Assembly: GCA_037131555.1 (NCBI GenBank)
Contig: JBAXQU010000005.1
Span: forward strand, 2,423 to 66,422
Direction: 5' to 3'
DNA: 64,000 bases
Source: Bacteroidota bacterium
GTDB taxonomy: Bacteria > Bacteroidota > Bacteroidia > 2-12-FULL-35-15
The translations under genes and the position numbers were made by a program. Shown piece after piece: positions 38,601 to 46,496 of the stretch; positions within the stretch are counted from its first letter, which is position 1, and each line of letters starts with the position of its first letter. The notes beneath the pieces are model-generated. The model was not told where the DNA came from. It worked only from the letters and a program-made list of their open reading frames with translations, and ran no database searches.

Positions 38601-38955
38601 CCTCTGTACTTAAGCCGATATTGCTTTGTTTAAAGTCGGTTTGCTTATTATAAACCAGAAACTGAATTTTTTCATCAAACGAATAATCAAACAATTTTTC
38701 AACCGCTTCTATTTGCTTCTTTGCAGCCTGCGACACATAATTAGCATACTCTCGGCCTTGTTCGTAGAAGTATACATCATACCTATTGTATTGATAATAG
38801 GTCCAGAAAAAGTCTTCATATTTCATCCTGTTCTTTCCGAAATCAGTTTGCGAACCTGTATAAAACTGGGCCTTTGCAACTTCACACGAGGTGATGATGC
38901 CGACAAAAGTCAGGAGCAGAATGAAACTTCGAATGGAAACTGTTTTACTTTTCAC
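35647..38955 (-). CDS. Large exported protein: TolB/PD40-like beta-propeller region fused to a C-terminal Omp85-like beta-barrel
   Basis: 1102 aa. Signal peptide. PD40-like strings VSPDGKYVIYTTNEMGQYKIWLYD, WHPSGKVFSY, YNSDGKKFVMSA and FVHNSRGIVFASNR. C-terminus GGYGLGVRSRLFGYFIRVDRAWGV...LSLCLDF. Confidence 0.5.
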   Translation of the reverse strand: MKSKTVSIRSFILLLTFVGIITSCEVAKAQFYTGSQTDFGKNRMKYEDFFWTYYQYNRYDVYFYEQGREYANYVSQAAKKQIEAVEKLFDYSFDEKIQFLVYNKQTDFKQSNIGLSTEEEYNTGGVTRIAGSKICLYYEGDHALLDAQIREGVATVLMNQMMFGGNVREMFKNSTLLNLPAWYTKGLSTYVANDWNTDIDNKVKDGILTGRFKNLNRLEGEDAVYAGHALWKHIADNYGESVISNILYMTKVSRNIDNSFMFVLGISSKNLWKECYESYINKYSDKDNTKTLPTQAPILKKINPNRVYSHLKVSPDGKYVIYTTNEMGQYKIWLYDVENNKSKRIVKAGKKIDRINDYSFPLVAWHPSGKVFSYIVEKKNRLVLTNYELETKEKTERNIFDFEKILDYSYNSDGKKFVMSAVQKGQTDIFIFTAGSNGYDQITKDIYDDLNPRFVHNSRGIVFASNRPHDTLSFDTKKILPDAQQHKDLFMFNNVTKSRTLLRITNTPTIDETYPADYDSTHISYLSDLNGIRNRYVAQFDSTIAYVDTAAHYRTVVTTYPITNYSRNIVEQDVNTNANKLTEVFFENGKYKMYVSPIADIKTIVPIELKNTSYRDYKNRLDNKEKNDAEAKLKSMIDAPTLENLKVEINQKKALDSTEIDINNYVFENEKNKKEKNTEVISKVAANIDTTGIKPDGEFKLGKQKNYNINYSVDYVISQLDNSFLNASYQKFTGGGSPIYLNPGLNAFLKIGMSDLFEDYRIVGAMRFSGDINNNEYFLSYENRLHKLDRQLIVHRNSFINSSDNSLMKVHSNDVRYVLKFPFNEVTSLRGSVCYRNDATIYLSTNDANLKAPNTYENWGTVKMEYVYDNTIKKGLNLYNGTRAKFFGEYYRQIDKELTDFFVLGFDYRYYKKISRCFIWANRLAGSTSFVNQKLIYYMGGVDNWFGARFDNSTNIATDQNYAYQTLATNMRGFYQNARNGNSFVVDNTELRFPIFKYLYKRPIRSDFVENFQIVGFGDIGTAWTGNSPFSDSNSLNQTVIGNSETQLEITLNTQHNPIIGGYGLGVRSRLFGYFIRVDRAWGVQDGIILKPLTYLSLCLDF

Positions 38956-39053
38956 TTGATTGAAAAATTGGAAACGCTAAATTAATAAATATCTCACTAT
39001 ATCCAACCAGAATTAACGGATAAGTTTTGTTAATTTCGCACCCAAAAAATAAT

Positions 39054-39692
39054 ATGATTACAGTAAAATCTTTTACCCTCGGTCCTTTTCAGGAAAACAC
39101 CTATGTGCTTTCGGACGAGACAAACGAATGCATCATCATCGATCCTGGTTGTTATGATGAGAGCGACCGTGCAGAATTGTCGAACTACCTTGATGCGAAT
39201 GATAAGAAACCTGTTCGGTTGATCAATACGCATTGCCACCTTGATCACATGTTTGGTAATGGTTTTGTTTCGCGCAAATATAATTTGCTTCCTGAGTTCA
39301 ACAAAGAAGATCGTGTGGTGTTCGATTCGTATTTAACGGTTTCGGCAATGTATCAACTAAAGGTGGAAGCTTCACCCGAACCTCTGCACTATTTAAGTGA
39401 AGGCGATAGAATTACTTTTGGTAAATCATCGCTCGAAATACTTTTTACGCCAGGGCATTCGCCTGGAAGTTTAACGTTCTACTCCAGCGAACAAAAGTTT
39501 ATGATTGCTGGTGATGTGTTGTTCTACGGAAGTATTGGCCGCACCGACTTACCGGGAGGTCATCATCAAACACTTATTGATAGTATCAAAGAAAAACTCT
39601 TTCCGTTGGGTGACGATTTTAAAGTGTATAGCGGACATGGGCCAAGTACGAGCATCGGTTTCGAGCGAATGAATAATCCGTTTTTGGTATAA
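39054..39692 (+). CDS. MBL-fold metallo-hydrolase (glyoxalase II-like)
   Basis: The track ORF starts at a TTG at 39027. I prefer the ATG at 39054 (MITVKSF...). HCHLDH (HxHxDH), TPGHSPGS and GRTDLPGG motifs. Confidence 0.85.
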   Translation: MITVKSFTLGPFQENTYVLSDETNECIIIDPGCYDESDRAELSNYLDANDKKPVRLINTHCHLDHMFGNGFVSRKYNLLPEFNKEDRVVFDSYLTVSAMYQLKVEASPEPLHYLSEGDRITFGKSSLEILFTPGHSPGSLTFYSSEQKFMIAGDVLFYGSIGRTDLPGGHHQTLIDSIKEKLFPLGDDFKVYSGHGPSTSIGFERMNNPFLV

Positions 39693-39780
39693 ACATGCGT
39701 TTTTATTTTTATTCTAAATCATCAATGATGCAACGATTTACTTTTTAGTCGTGCATTAAAAAAATTATCGGCTCAGCATT

Positions 39781-39999
39781 ATGAAAATAAAACTAGGGAA
39801 ATACAAACACTACAAAGGCAAACCCTATGAAGTGATAGGAGTGGCGCGACACAGCGAAACACTCGAAGAAATGGTGGTGTACAAAGCCTTGTATCAAACT
39901 GAAGGTGAAAATTTATGGGTACGACCACTGACCATGTTTCTCGAAACAGTGGAGATAGATGGCAAGACGATGAATCGGTTTGAATATCAAAACGAATAA
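39781..39999 (+). CDS. DUF1653-family small protein
   Basis: 72 aa. GKYKHYKGKPYEVIGVARHSETLEEMVVYKALY....LWVRPLTMF. Confidence 0.7.
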   Translation: MKIKLGKYKHYKGKPYEVIGVARHSETLEEMVVYKALYQTEGENLWVRPLTMFLETVEIDGKTMNRFEYQNE

Positions 40000-40011
40000 G
40001 TAATACAAAAG

Positions 40012-40058
40012 AAAAAAAGCTTTACACCCTTGAGTTATTGGGAGTAGATGCTTTTTTT
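40012..40058. terminator. Bidirectional terminator between the DUF1653 gene and gpmI
   Basis: An A7 tract, an imperfect ~12-bp stem agctttacaccc / gggagtagatgct with a 10-nt loop, then a T7 tract. A second perfect 9-bp hairpin gatgagtaa (40068-40076) / ttactcatc (40090-40098) lies nearer to gpmI. Confidence 0.55.
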
Positions 40059-40123
40059 ATGTCCTGCGATGAGTAATTTTTATTCTCATTTACTCATCCT
40101 GAAAAAAGTCTTCCTTCTGTTTT

Positions 40124-41638
40124 CTACACTAAAACATTTCCATCCATTTCCTTTGGTATCGATAGTTTCATCAAGGTTAAAATGGTTGGAGCAATGTCTG
40201 CCAATTTCCCTTCTTTCACCTTTTTGTACTCTTTATCAATTAAAATACAAGGAACAGGATTGGTGCTGTGTGCCGTATTGGGTGAGCCATCCGCATTAAT
40301 CATAAAGTCGGCATTGCCATGGTCGGCAATAATGATGAATGAATAATCGTTGGTTAAACCGGCTTCTACCACTCGTTTCAAACAAGCGTCAACTGTTTCT
40401 ACAGCAGTAGTCACTGCCTTGTAATCGCCTGTGTGGCCTACCATATCGGCATTCGCAAAGTTCAAGCAAACAAAATCAAGTTCGCCCTTTAATAACTCTG
40501 GCACTATGCAATCGGTCACTTCTAAGGCACTCATTTCGGGTTTCAGGTCGTAGGTTGCTACCTTTTGCGATGGTATCATACTTCTCTTCTCACCTTTAAA
40601 TTCGCTCTCGCGACCACCCGAAAAGAAAAATGTAACGTGAGGATATTTTTCGGTTTCTGCTATCCTTATCTGCGTTTTCCCAGCTTTCTCCAGCACTTCG
40701 CCAAGCGTATTCTCCAAATTATCTTTGTCATATACAAGGTGCACATTCTTGAAATTGTGGTCGTAATTGGTCATCGTTACATAATACAACGGTAACGTAT
40801 TCATGCCTTGTTTGGGCATGTTTTGCTGGGTAAGAACCTGAGTAATCTCGCGGCATCTATCGGTACGGAAGTTAAAACAAATCACTACATCGTTTTCTCT
40901 TATCGAGCCGATGGACTCTCCTGTATCGCCTGTAATTACGATAGGTTTAATGAATTCATCGGTCACCTGATTGGCATACGATTGTTCAATGGCTTCAATC
41001 GCATTCTTCGCTTTTTGTCCTTCTCCTTTCACTAGCATATCATAAGCCAGCTTCACGCGTTCCCATCGCTTGTCCCTATCCATAGCATAATACCTGCCCA
41101 CCACCGAAGCAATTTTTCCGGTTGAAGTTTTTAGATGTGCGTCTAAATTTTTCAAGTATCCCAATCCACTTTTCGGGTCGGTATCTCGGCCATCTGTAAA
41201 TGCATGAATAAATAAATTCTCCACTTGGTGGGCTTTCGCGAGTGAGCATAAATAATGCAAGTGCTCTTGTGATGAATGCACTCCTCCTTCGGAAACTAAA
41301 CCCATCAAATGGATGGCCGCCTTGTTTTCTTTTGCATATTTAAAAGCCGCAACAAGAGTAGGGTTGGTATCAATTGTTTTTTCGCGAATGGCTTTATTTA
41401 TCAACTCCAAATCTTGATACACTATTCTACCTGCACCTAAATTGAGATGCCCCACTTCACTATTTCCCATCTGTCCATCGGGCAATCCAACGAAGTTGCC
41501 CGAAGTATGTAAGGTGCTATGCGGATAGTTTTTCATTAAGCTATCCATAAAAGGAGTATGCGCATGGGATATCGCATCCGACTTTGAACCATCGCCAATG
41601 CCCCATCCGTCTAAAATTACTAAAGCTACTTTTTTCAT
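40124..41638 (-). CDS. gpmI: 2,3-bisphosphoglycerate-independent phosphoglycerate mutase
   Basis: 504 aa. LVILDGWG, GNSEVGHLNLGAGR, DGRDT and ADHGNA motifs. Confidence 0.95.
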   Translation of the reverse strand: MKKVALVILDGWGIGDGSKSDAISHAHTPFMDSLMKNYPHSTLHTSGNFVGLPDGQMGNSEVGHLNLGAGRIVYQDLELINKAIREKTIDTNPTLVAAFKYAKENKAAIHLMGLVSEGGVHSSQEHLHYLCSLAKAHQVENLFIHAFTDGRDTDPKSGLGYLKNLDAHLKTSTGKIASVVGRYYAMDRDKRWERVKLAYDMLVKGEGQKAKNAIEAIEQSYANQVTDEFIKPIVITGDTGESIGSIRENDVVICFNFRTDRCREITQVLTQQNMPKQGMNTLPLYYVTMTNYDHNFKNVHLVYDKDNLENTLGEVLEKAGKTQIRIAETEKYPHVTFFFSGGRESEFKGEKRSMIPSQKVATYDLKPEMSALEVTDCIVPELLKGELDFVCLNFANADMVGHTGDYKAVTTAVETVDACLKRVVEAGLTNDYSFIIIADHGNADFMINADGSPNTAHSTNPVPCILIDKEYKKVKEGKLADIAPTILTLMKLSIPKEMDGNVLV

Positions 41639-41710
41639 CTTCTTATTTTTTTCTATATTAATATGTCTTGATGTATTTCTCTGTTGTAGGGTGTTTCATT
41701 CGTTTTTAAT

Positions 41711-42733
41711 TTAACTTGAAGTACTTGCCGGTATGTCAAATGTTACTTCGAAAATACTTCCCTTCGGTGTATTGTTTTTCACCACGATATTGCCTTGATG
41801 TAATTTCACGAGGTATTGAACAATGAAGAGACCCAATCCCGTTCCCTTCGTTTTACGGGTGTCTTCGCTTCCTACGCGATAAAATTTCTGAAATATCTTC
41901 GCCTTGTCTTCCTCCGATATTCCCCAACCCTCGTCCTTTACAGCGAATACAATTTTATCGTTTTTCTTTTTCAAAACCACTGTAATGGTCGACTCGGGTG
42001 CTGAATACTTAATCGCGTTTTCGAAAAGATTGATGATGATGGAAGGAAAACTTAACTTATCAATCGACATGAAAATATTGGGTTCAATATCCAAAACAAT
42101 CTTATGTTGATAATGAATGGCATCAATGTTTTGCTTTAAATTACTGCCAATGTAGTCTGAAATATTGCATTCTTCCTTATACGAGGTGGCCACTGCATTC
42201 TCAATTTTAGCAGCCATCAGAATATTTTCTACTAGTGTGTTCAGTCGGTCGGTGTCGGCTATTGCATGCCCAATGATTTCTTTTTGCATGGCACGGTCGA
42301 GCTCTCTCTTCTGAAGCGTTTGCAGTTGTAGTTTGGCAGATGCAATGGGCGACTTAAGTTCATGCGTTACCGAAAGCAAGAAATTCTTTTGTTGCTGTGC
42401 CAATTCGTTTTCTGTTTTAAATGATTTCCGAATTTGAAAAATGCCAAACAACAACAAACTAAAAAACACCGTTCCTTCGCCTGTTATCATGATCCATCGC
42501 CTGTGCAATATCTTATTCAGCTCATTACCGCTGTCCACTACTTCCTCTAGCGAATTTCCTTTCAACACATTCATTTCTTCTTCGAGATGAGTAATTTTAT
42601 TATTCTGCTTTACCATCGAATACGTCCACCACGAAAACTGAAGTATAATATACGCAACCAAGATATAGAACCAAAATAACGGTCGCGAACGTTTCTCCTT
42701 TTTTGACATAGATGCAAAGGTAAATAAAATCAA
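41711..42733 (-). CDS. Membrane sensor histidine kinase (HisKA + HATPase_c), no response regulator adjacent
   Basis: 340 aa with two TM helices. H-box SVTHELKSPI, N-box NLFENAIKYS and G-boxes DEGWGI and GTGLGL. The start may be the Met at 42709. Confidence 0.85.
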   Translation of the reverse strand: MILFTFASMSKKEKRSRPLFWFYILVAYIILQFSWWTYSMVKQNNKITHLEEEMNVLKGNSLEEVVDSGNELNKILHRRWIMITGEGTVFFSLLLFGIFQIRKSFKTENELAQQQKNFLLSVTHELKSPIASAKLQLQTLQKRELDRAMQKEIIGHAIADTDRLNTLVENILMAAKIENAVATSYKEECNISDYIGSNLKQNIDAIHYQHKIVLDIEPNIFMSIDKLSFPSIIINLFENAIKYSAPESTITVVLKKKNDKIVFAVKDEGWGISEEDKAKIFQKFYRVGSEDTRKTKGTGLGLFIVQYLVKLHQGNIVVKNNTPKGSIFEVTFDIPASTSS

Positions 42734-42780
42734 ATTAGGAGATTTGATTTCTCCCTATCTTTGTTTTTTATTCTATAAAA

Positions 42781-42993
42781 ATGGGAGCAGTATTATTTAT
42801 GAGTATGGGATTGCTATTTCTGCTTAGCATCCCCATCATCACCGCGAAAATGGCGAAACGACTAGGGCGAAACCCCAAGGTTTGGTTTTGTGTTTCGTTA
42901 GTAATACCTGTGGTGGCCACTTTTATTTTGTTTTTATTGCCCGATTTATCAGAGGAAGAAACTCCTGCCAAGCCCGAAACGTTTTCCGAATAA
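42781..42993 (+). CDS. Small two-TM membrane protein (hypothetical)
   Basis: 70 aa. Two clear hydrophobic helices separated by KMAKRLGRNPK, with an acidic tail. It competes with two overlapping track ORFs that look less protein-like. Confidence 0.35.
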   Translation: MGAVLFMSMGLLFLLSIPIITAKMAKRLGRNPKVWFCVSLVIPVVATFILFLLPDLSEEETPAKPETFSE

Positions 42994-43047
42994 AGAATTC
43001 CATCTCTTCGTTTTCCTTTTCTCATTATTTTTTGTTTTCTTTGTTGA

Positions 43048-43950
43048 ATGAAAAAAACATTTTTGTTACTTGCTATTTCAATTGTACTGTCGACAACTAC
43101 TACAGTGGCACAGCCATTTGTAGACCTTGTTAATTTTAGTGCACAAACGTATTCGTCAACATATAAAGACACTACGCGTTGGAAAAATCATACGGACAGT
43201 TATTTCATGAACTTTTTTCTTCCGAAGGAATTTAAAAACGGAAACACGCTGCTGGTGCGCCTCAATAGCGAAATTATGAACGCTACTTTTTCGCCCGAAT
43301 CGGCATATAGTTCTCAGATATCAAGCATATCAATGCCTGTGGGGCTTCAGGTGGTTTCGAAAAATAAGAAATGGAAAACCTTAGTAATGGTGATTCCAAA
43401 GGTAGCCTGCGATTTCAAGGAGTCTATTCATCGGAACGATTGTCAATACGGTGGAATATTTCTCGAGAACTATGTGGTGAATGAGAAATTGAAAATCAAA
43501 GCTGGCTTGTATTACAATACCGAAGCGTTTGGCGATTTCTATATGCCCCTTGCTGGCATCGACTGGCAGCCTACTTCGCGATTGAGTTTCTACGGTGTGC
43601 TTCCGTCAAACTATAAGGTGGAATACAATGTGGTGAAGAATAAGTTTTATATGGGGCTCAACTTCAAATCCTATACACGTTCGTTTAGGTTAGATAAAAA
43701 GCAAAACTATAATTACGTTCGCTACGATGAGATTCAGTTGAAATTATTTTTAGATTATTTTGTTTACAAAAAGATTTTGTTGTTTGCCGAACTGGGCTAC
43801 TCGCTTGGCAAATCGCCAATTGAATATAAAATAAATACCAAAGACAGGGTGTACACCAATCCGGTGTACGATGAGCTGAAGCCTTATCCTACCTTTACCA
43901 TAGGCTTAGCGTATCGTTTGCGTTTCGACTTGGTGACCCCAGAAAAATAA
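43048..43950 (+). CDS. Outer-membrane beta-barrel protein (hypothetical)
   Basis: 300 aa. Signal peptide ...TTTVAQ, alternating aromatic strands and C-terminal barrel-like FTIGLAYRLRF. Confidence 0.5.
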   Translation: MKKTFLLLAISIVLSTTTTVAQPFVDLVNFSAQTYSSTYKDTTRWKNHTDSYFMNFFLPKEFKNGNTLLVRLNSEIMNATFSPESAYSSQISSISMPVGLQVVSKNKKWKTLVMVIPKVACDFKESIHRNDCQYGGIFLENYVVNEKLKIKAGLYYNTEAFGDFYMPLAGIDWQPTSRLSFYGVLPSNYKVEYNVVKNKFYMGLNFKSYTRSFRLDKKQNYNYVRYDEIQLKLFLDYFVYKKILLFAELGYSLGKSPIEYKINTKDRVYTNPVYDELKPYPTFTIGLAYRLRFDLVTPEK

Positions 43951-43973
43951 AAGCCTTGCCAATCGGCAAAGCT
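43951..43973. terminator. Candidate bidirectional terminator between convergent genes
   Basis: gccttgcc (43953-43960), loop aatc, then ggcaaagc (43965-43972), with one mismatch. T-rich sequence follows in both orientations. Confidence 0.45.
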
Positions 43974-44012
43974 CTTATTTACATTGGTGGACGCAGGTTT
44001 GCGAAGCTCCCC

Positions 44013-44975
44013 TTATACTCTTTCGATAACGAAACTCAACGTGATGCTGCTCTGACTGGTTACGTTTAAATATTTTTTAGCTGACGTATAGCCCATTTCA
44101 GAGGCTTTGAAAGTGAGTGCAGTTGTATTGTCAATCACCTTGCCTGTGGCAGGAGTGATGACTACATCCATGCCATCAGCAAAACCAACCACTATAGTGC
44201 CATCACCCGAAACCGAAATTTTATATTTCGTGTCGGGACCGGCAGTGTTGTCGAATACATTCTGTGTAGTCATTGGGTTAATGTCGTTTTCTATTCGCGA
44301 GTCGGCTTCCTTGAATGCAGCATTGAGTATCGCCTGATTGAAGTACACATCACCAGCCGATTCATCGCCAAGAAACTCGCGAGCAATGGTAAGCAGGTTG
44401 TAGGTTAATTGTTTGCAAAGCGCAGGTTTGGTGGTTGCCAAATCTCTTTTTTCGGCAGCCACACCGCCCATTGCAGCCTTTTGGAAATTTCTGTTTTCAA
44501 CAAAAGTTTTGTACACTGCGGTGTAATCAGTTACGAAAGCTGCTGTAAAATCGGCCGCATGCAAGGCGAGCACATCTTTATAGCGTTTCCCTTTGGTCTC
44601 CAAGGTAGGGAGGTCAGCTTCGGTATACTCGGTGATGCCCAGCGGATAAAACTCTTGATACACCATCATGTTAGCACTGTACTGATACGCAATGAGGTTT
44701 TCGTTTTTGCTGATTAGTTTGCACAAAGCATCACGGCTTTCATTCATAGCCACTGTTTTTCCTTCTTGCAGAGCAAGGTTTAAACTTTCGGAAGTGATGT
44801 CGCCAAAATAATTGGTAAACGCAGTAGTTACATCTGTTAAAATAACGGTAAAAATTCCACCGGGATTATTGGCATTCAAACGCGCAATGTGATCTTCGGC
44901 AAAGTCTTTTAATCGTTCGCGACTGATTTTCGTACTTAAGAAAAGTATCGAAAAGTATTTTATTAATTGAATCAT
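44013..44975 (-). CDS. Hypothetical protein with no family recognised
   Basis: 320 aa with no signal peptide or TM segment. The N-terminal ~220 aa look helical and the last ~90 aa look beta-rich (KYKISVSGDGTIVVGFADGMDVVITPATGKVI...). The long ORF with normal amino-acid composition supports coding. Confidence 0.6.
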   Translation of the reverse strand: MIQLIKYFSILFLSTKISRERLKDFAEDHIARLNANNPGGIFTVILTDVTTAFTNYFGDITSESLNLALQEGKTVAMNESRDALCKLISKNENLIAYQYSANMMVYQEFYPLGITEYTEADLPTLETKGKRYKDVLALHAADFTAAFVTDYTAVYKTFVENRNFQKAAMGGVAAEKRDLATTKPALCKQLTYNLLTIAREFLGDESAGDVYFNQAILNAAFKEADSRIENDINPMTTQNVFDNTAGPDTKYKISVSGDGTIVVGFADGMDVVITPATGKVIDNTTALTFKASEMGYTSAKKYLNVTSQSSITLSFVIERV

Positions 44976-45162
44976 GTTTTAAGAAATTAAAATTTATACA
45001 TATTATTATTTACTCATTATATATAGTGTCGTTCTTTTGGAACTGGTTAGTTTAGGTTTAAAAATTAGATTTCCTTTTTCGGAAAAGCATTTCTTTTTGT
45101 TCACTCATGTGTTGTCTTTTATGTCGAAGAATTGTTACCTACATTTTTTCGATTGGAATAAA

Positions 45163-45352
45163 GAACTCTGCAAGAGTTCAACGTCAATAGCCCCCAATGC
45201 AATTGGGGGTAACCGAAGTTTCGAATCGGAAAGAACTCCGACAGGAGTTCAATAATTTTAGAATTCAACTCTTTCAGAGTTGTCTAAATAGTTGATTCCA
45301 TCATTTCCCCCAATTTCATTGGGGGCTATTCTTATTCAATCCTTTCAGGATT
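45163..45352. repeat. Cluster of short perfect palindromes / stem-loops (function unknown)
   Basis: gaactct-gca-agagttc (45163-45179); cccccaat-gca-attggggg (45191-45209); gaactcc-gaca-ggagttc (45233-45250); caactct-ttc-agagttg (45266-45282); cccccaat-ttc-attggggg (45307-45325); aatcct-ttc-aggatt (45338-45352). Confidence 0.9.
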
Positions 45353-45360
45353 TCCCACAT

Positions 45361-45481
45361 CGATTTCCTTTTTCGGAAATAGGCCTCCGAGCATTCGGAC
45401 ACGCATTTCCTTTTTCGGAAATAGGCCTCCGAGCGTTCGGACACGCATTTCCTTTTTCGGAAATTCATCCCCGCTCATTCG
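45361..45481. repeat. 42-bp tandem direct repeat, 2 full copies plus 1 diverged copy, each with TTTCC-N6-GGAAA and TCCGA-N4-TCGGA palindromes
   Basis: Copy A is 45361-45402. Copy B is 45403-45444 and differs from A at the first 3 nt and one internal A/G. Copy C is 45445-45481: its first 20 nt are identical to B and the rest is degenerate. Confidence 0.9.
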
Positions 45482-45614
45482 TTTGTTTTGCCACTTTTTA
45501 GTGGGCTCAATAGAGTAGAGTAGGGCTGTGTTTTACTTTCAAAGAACTTAAAAAACCACTGCTCGGGGTTAGGTTTCCTTTTTCGCGATACAAAGGTGGG
45601 GAGAAATAGGGAGT

Positions 45615-45646
45615 ACAAACAATACGTAAAACTACGTATTGTTTGT
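45615..45646. other. Perfect 13-bp inverted repeat 50 nt upstream of the PAS-LuxR start codon
   Basis: acaaacaatacgt (45615-45627), loop aaaact, then acgtattgtttgt (45634-45646). It is followed by a near-consensus -7 box GATATTTG. Confidence 0.9.
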
Positions 45647-45695
45647 GCGCTTAATTCTTGCGATATTTGTCGTATGATTATTAAACATACTCCTA

Positions 45696-46496
45696 ATGAA
45701 ATCAAATTTAGCAACCACAAACAAGGCGATGCTAAAGGAACACAACCTTTTACTCAGCTCCCTCACCAAAGGAAGTGAGTGCATCGACTTTGAAAAAGAT
45801 TATCCCGAAATGCACCGTTGGCTCGAGACCGAAACATGCATTTCGTTTGTCACCGATATTGCAAAACGAGGATATTTATTCCTTCATCCTAATTTTGCAA
45901 ACTTCACGGGTTACTCCGATGAGCTAGCTCCTAACAAGAATCTCGCATTTCTCCACTCCATCATCTATCCCGAAGACATACAAGATTATTGCTTGATGTT
46001 TAAAATCTGGTACGAACATTTGGCGGGTTTGCCTCTTGCCGAAAAAATGAAATCAGAGGCTCAGTTTCAATTTCGAATTGTAAAAAGCGATGGCACTAAA
46101 ATTTGGGTGATGCTTAAATTTGCTGTTTTCGAGTTGGATAAACAAGGTGTGCCCTGTTTAGAAAAGGGTTGTTTCATTGACGAAGAGCACCTCAATACCA
46201 ATGTTAAAGTTTCGGGAACCATCATGGTGAACGGTGTTCCCACAAAGATGGATCTTGATAAGTATCGAAAAACCACCGAGCGGTTCACTCCCCGAGAACT
46301 CGAAGTGCTTTCCTTACTTCATCATGGTTTATCTCATAAAGCCATTGCAGATAAATTCGGCCGAGCGGTGTCAACCATTTCGAAACACACAGAAAACATC
46401 AGACGGAAAGATGCAGAACATCTCCGCAGCATTGGCCTAAAGCCTCGTAACATAAAAGAATTAATAAACGAATTGGTGATGCAAGGCAAGATATAA
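45696..46496 (+). CDS. PAS-domain / LuxR-type HTH transcriptional regulator (no receiver domain)
   Basis: 266 aa. PAS-like core (...YLFLHPNFANFTGYS...IIYPEDI...FRIVKSDGTKIWVM...). C-terminal FTPRELEVLSLLHHGLSHKAIADKFGRAVSTISKHTENIRRK is a GerE/LuxR HTH. Confidence 0.8.
   Translation: MKSNLATTNKAMLKEHNLLLSSLTKGSECIDFEKDYPEMHRWLETETCISFVTDIAKRGYLFLHPNFANFTGYSDELAPNKNLAFLHSIIYPEDIQDYCLMFKIWYEHLAGLPLAEKMKSEAQFQFRIVKSDGTKIWVMLKFAVFELDKQGVPCLEKGCFIDEEHLNTNVKVSGTIMVNGVPTKMDLDKYRKTTERFTPRELEVLSLLHHGLSHKAIADKFGRAVSTISKHTENIRRKDAEHLRSIGLKPRNIKELINELVMQGKI

Noticed and set aside
42768-43172. Track ORFs 42768..43172 (-) and 42882..43133 (+)
   Set aside because: The 134-aa minus ORF is antisense to the more protein-like 70-aa two-TM ORF and to the 5' end of 43048..43950. 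It has odd composition (Cys, Asn and Arg patches) and no motif. The 83-aa plus ORF overlaps the signal-peptide-bearing start of 43048..43950 in another frame.
45218-45229. tRNA-like T-arm motif gtttcgaatcgg
   Set aside because: It resembles GGTTCGAATCC, but no acceptor, D or anticodon stems can be drawn around it. I found no cloverleaf anywhere in the window's intergenic regions.
45037-45720. Track ORFs 45037..45255 (+), 45292..45501 (+), 45475..45720 (-) and 45596..45778 (+) as genes
   Set aside because: They are short and partly start at non-ATG codons. Their sequences are direct translations of the palindromes and the 42-bp tandem repeat (for example FPFSEIGLRAFGHA twice). They show no signal, TM or domain features.
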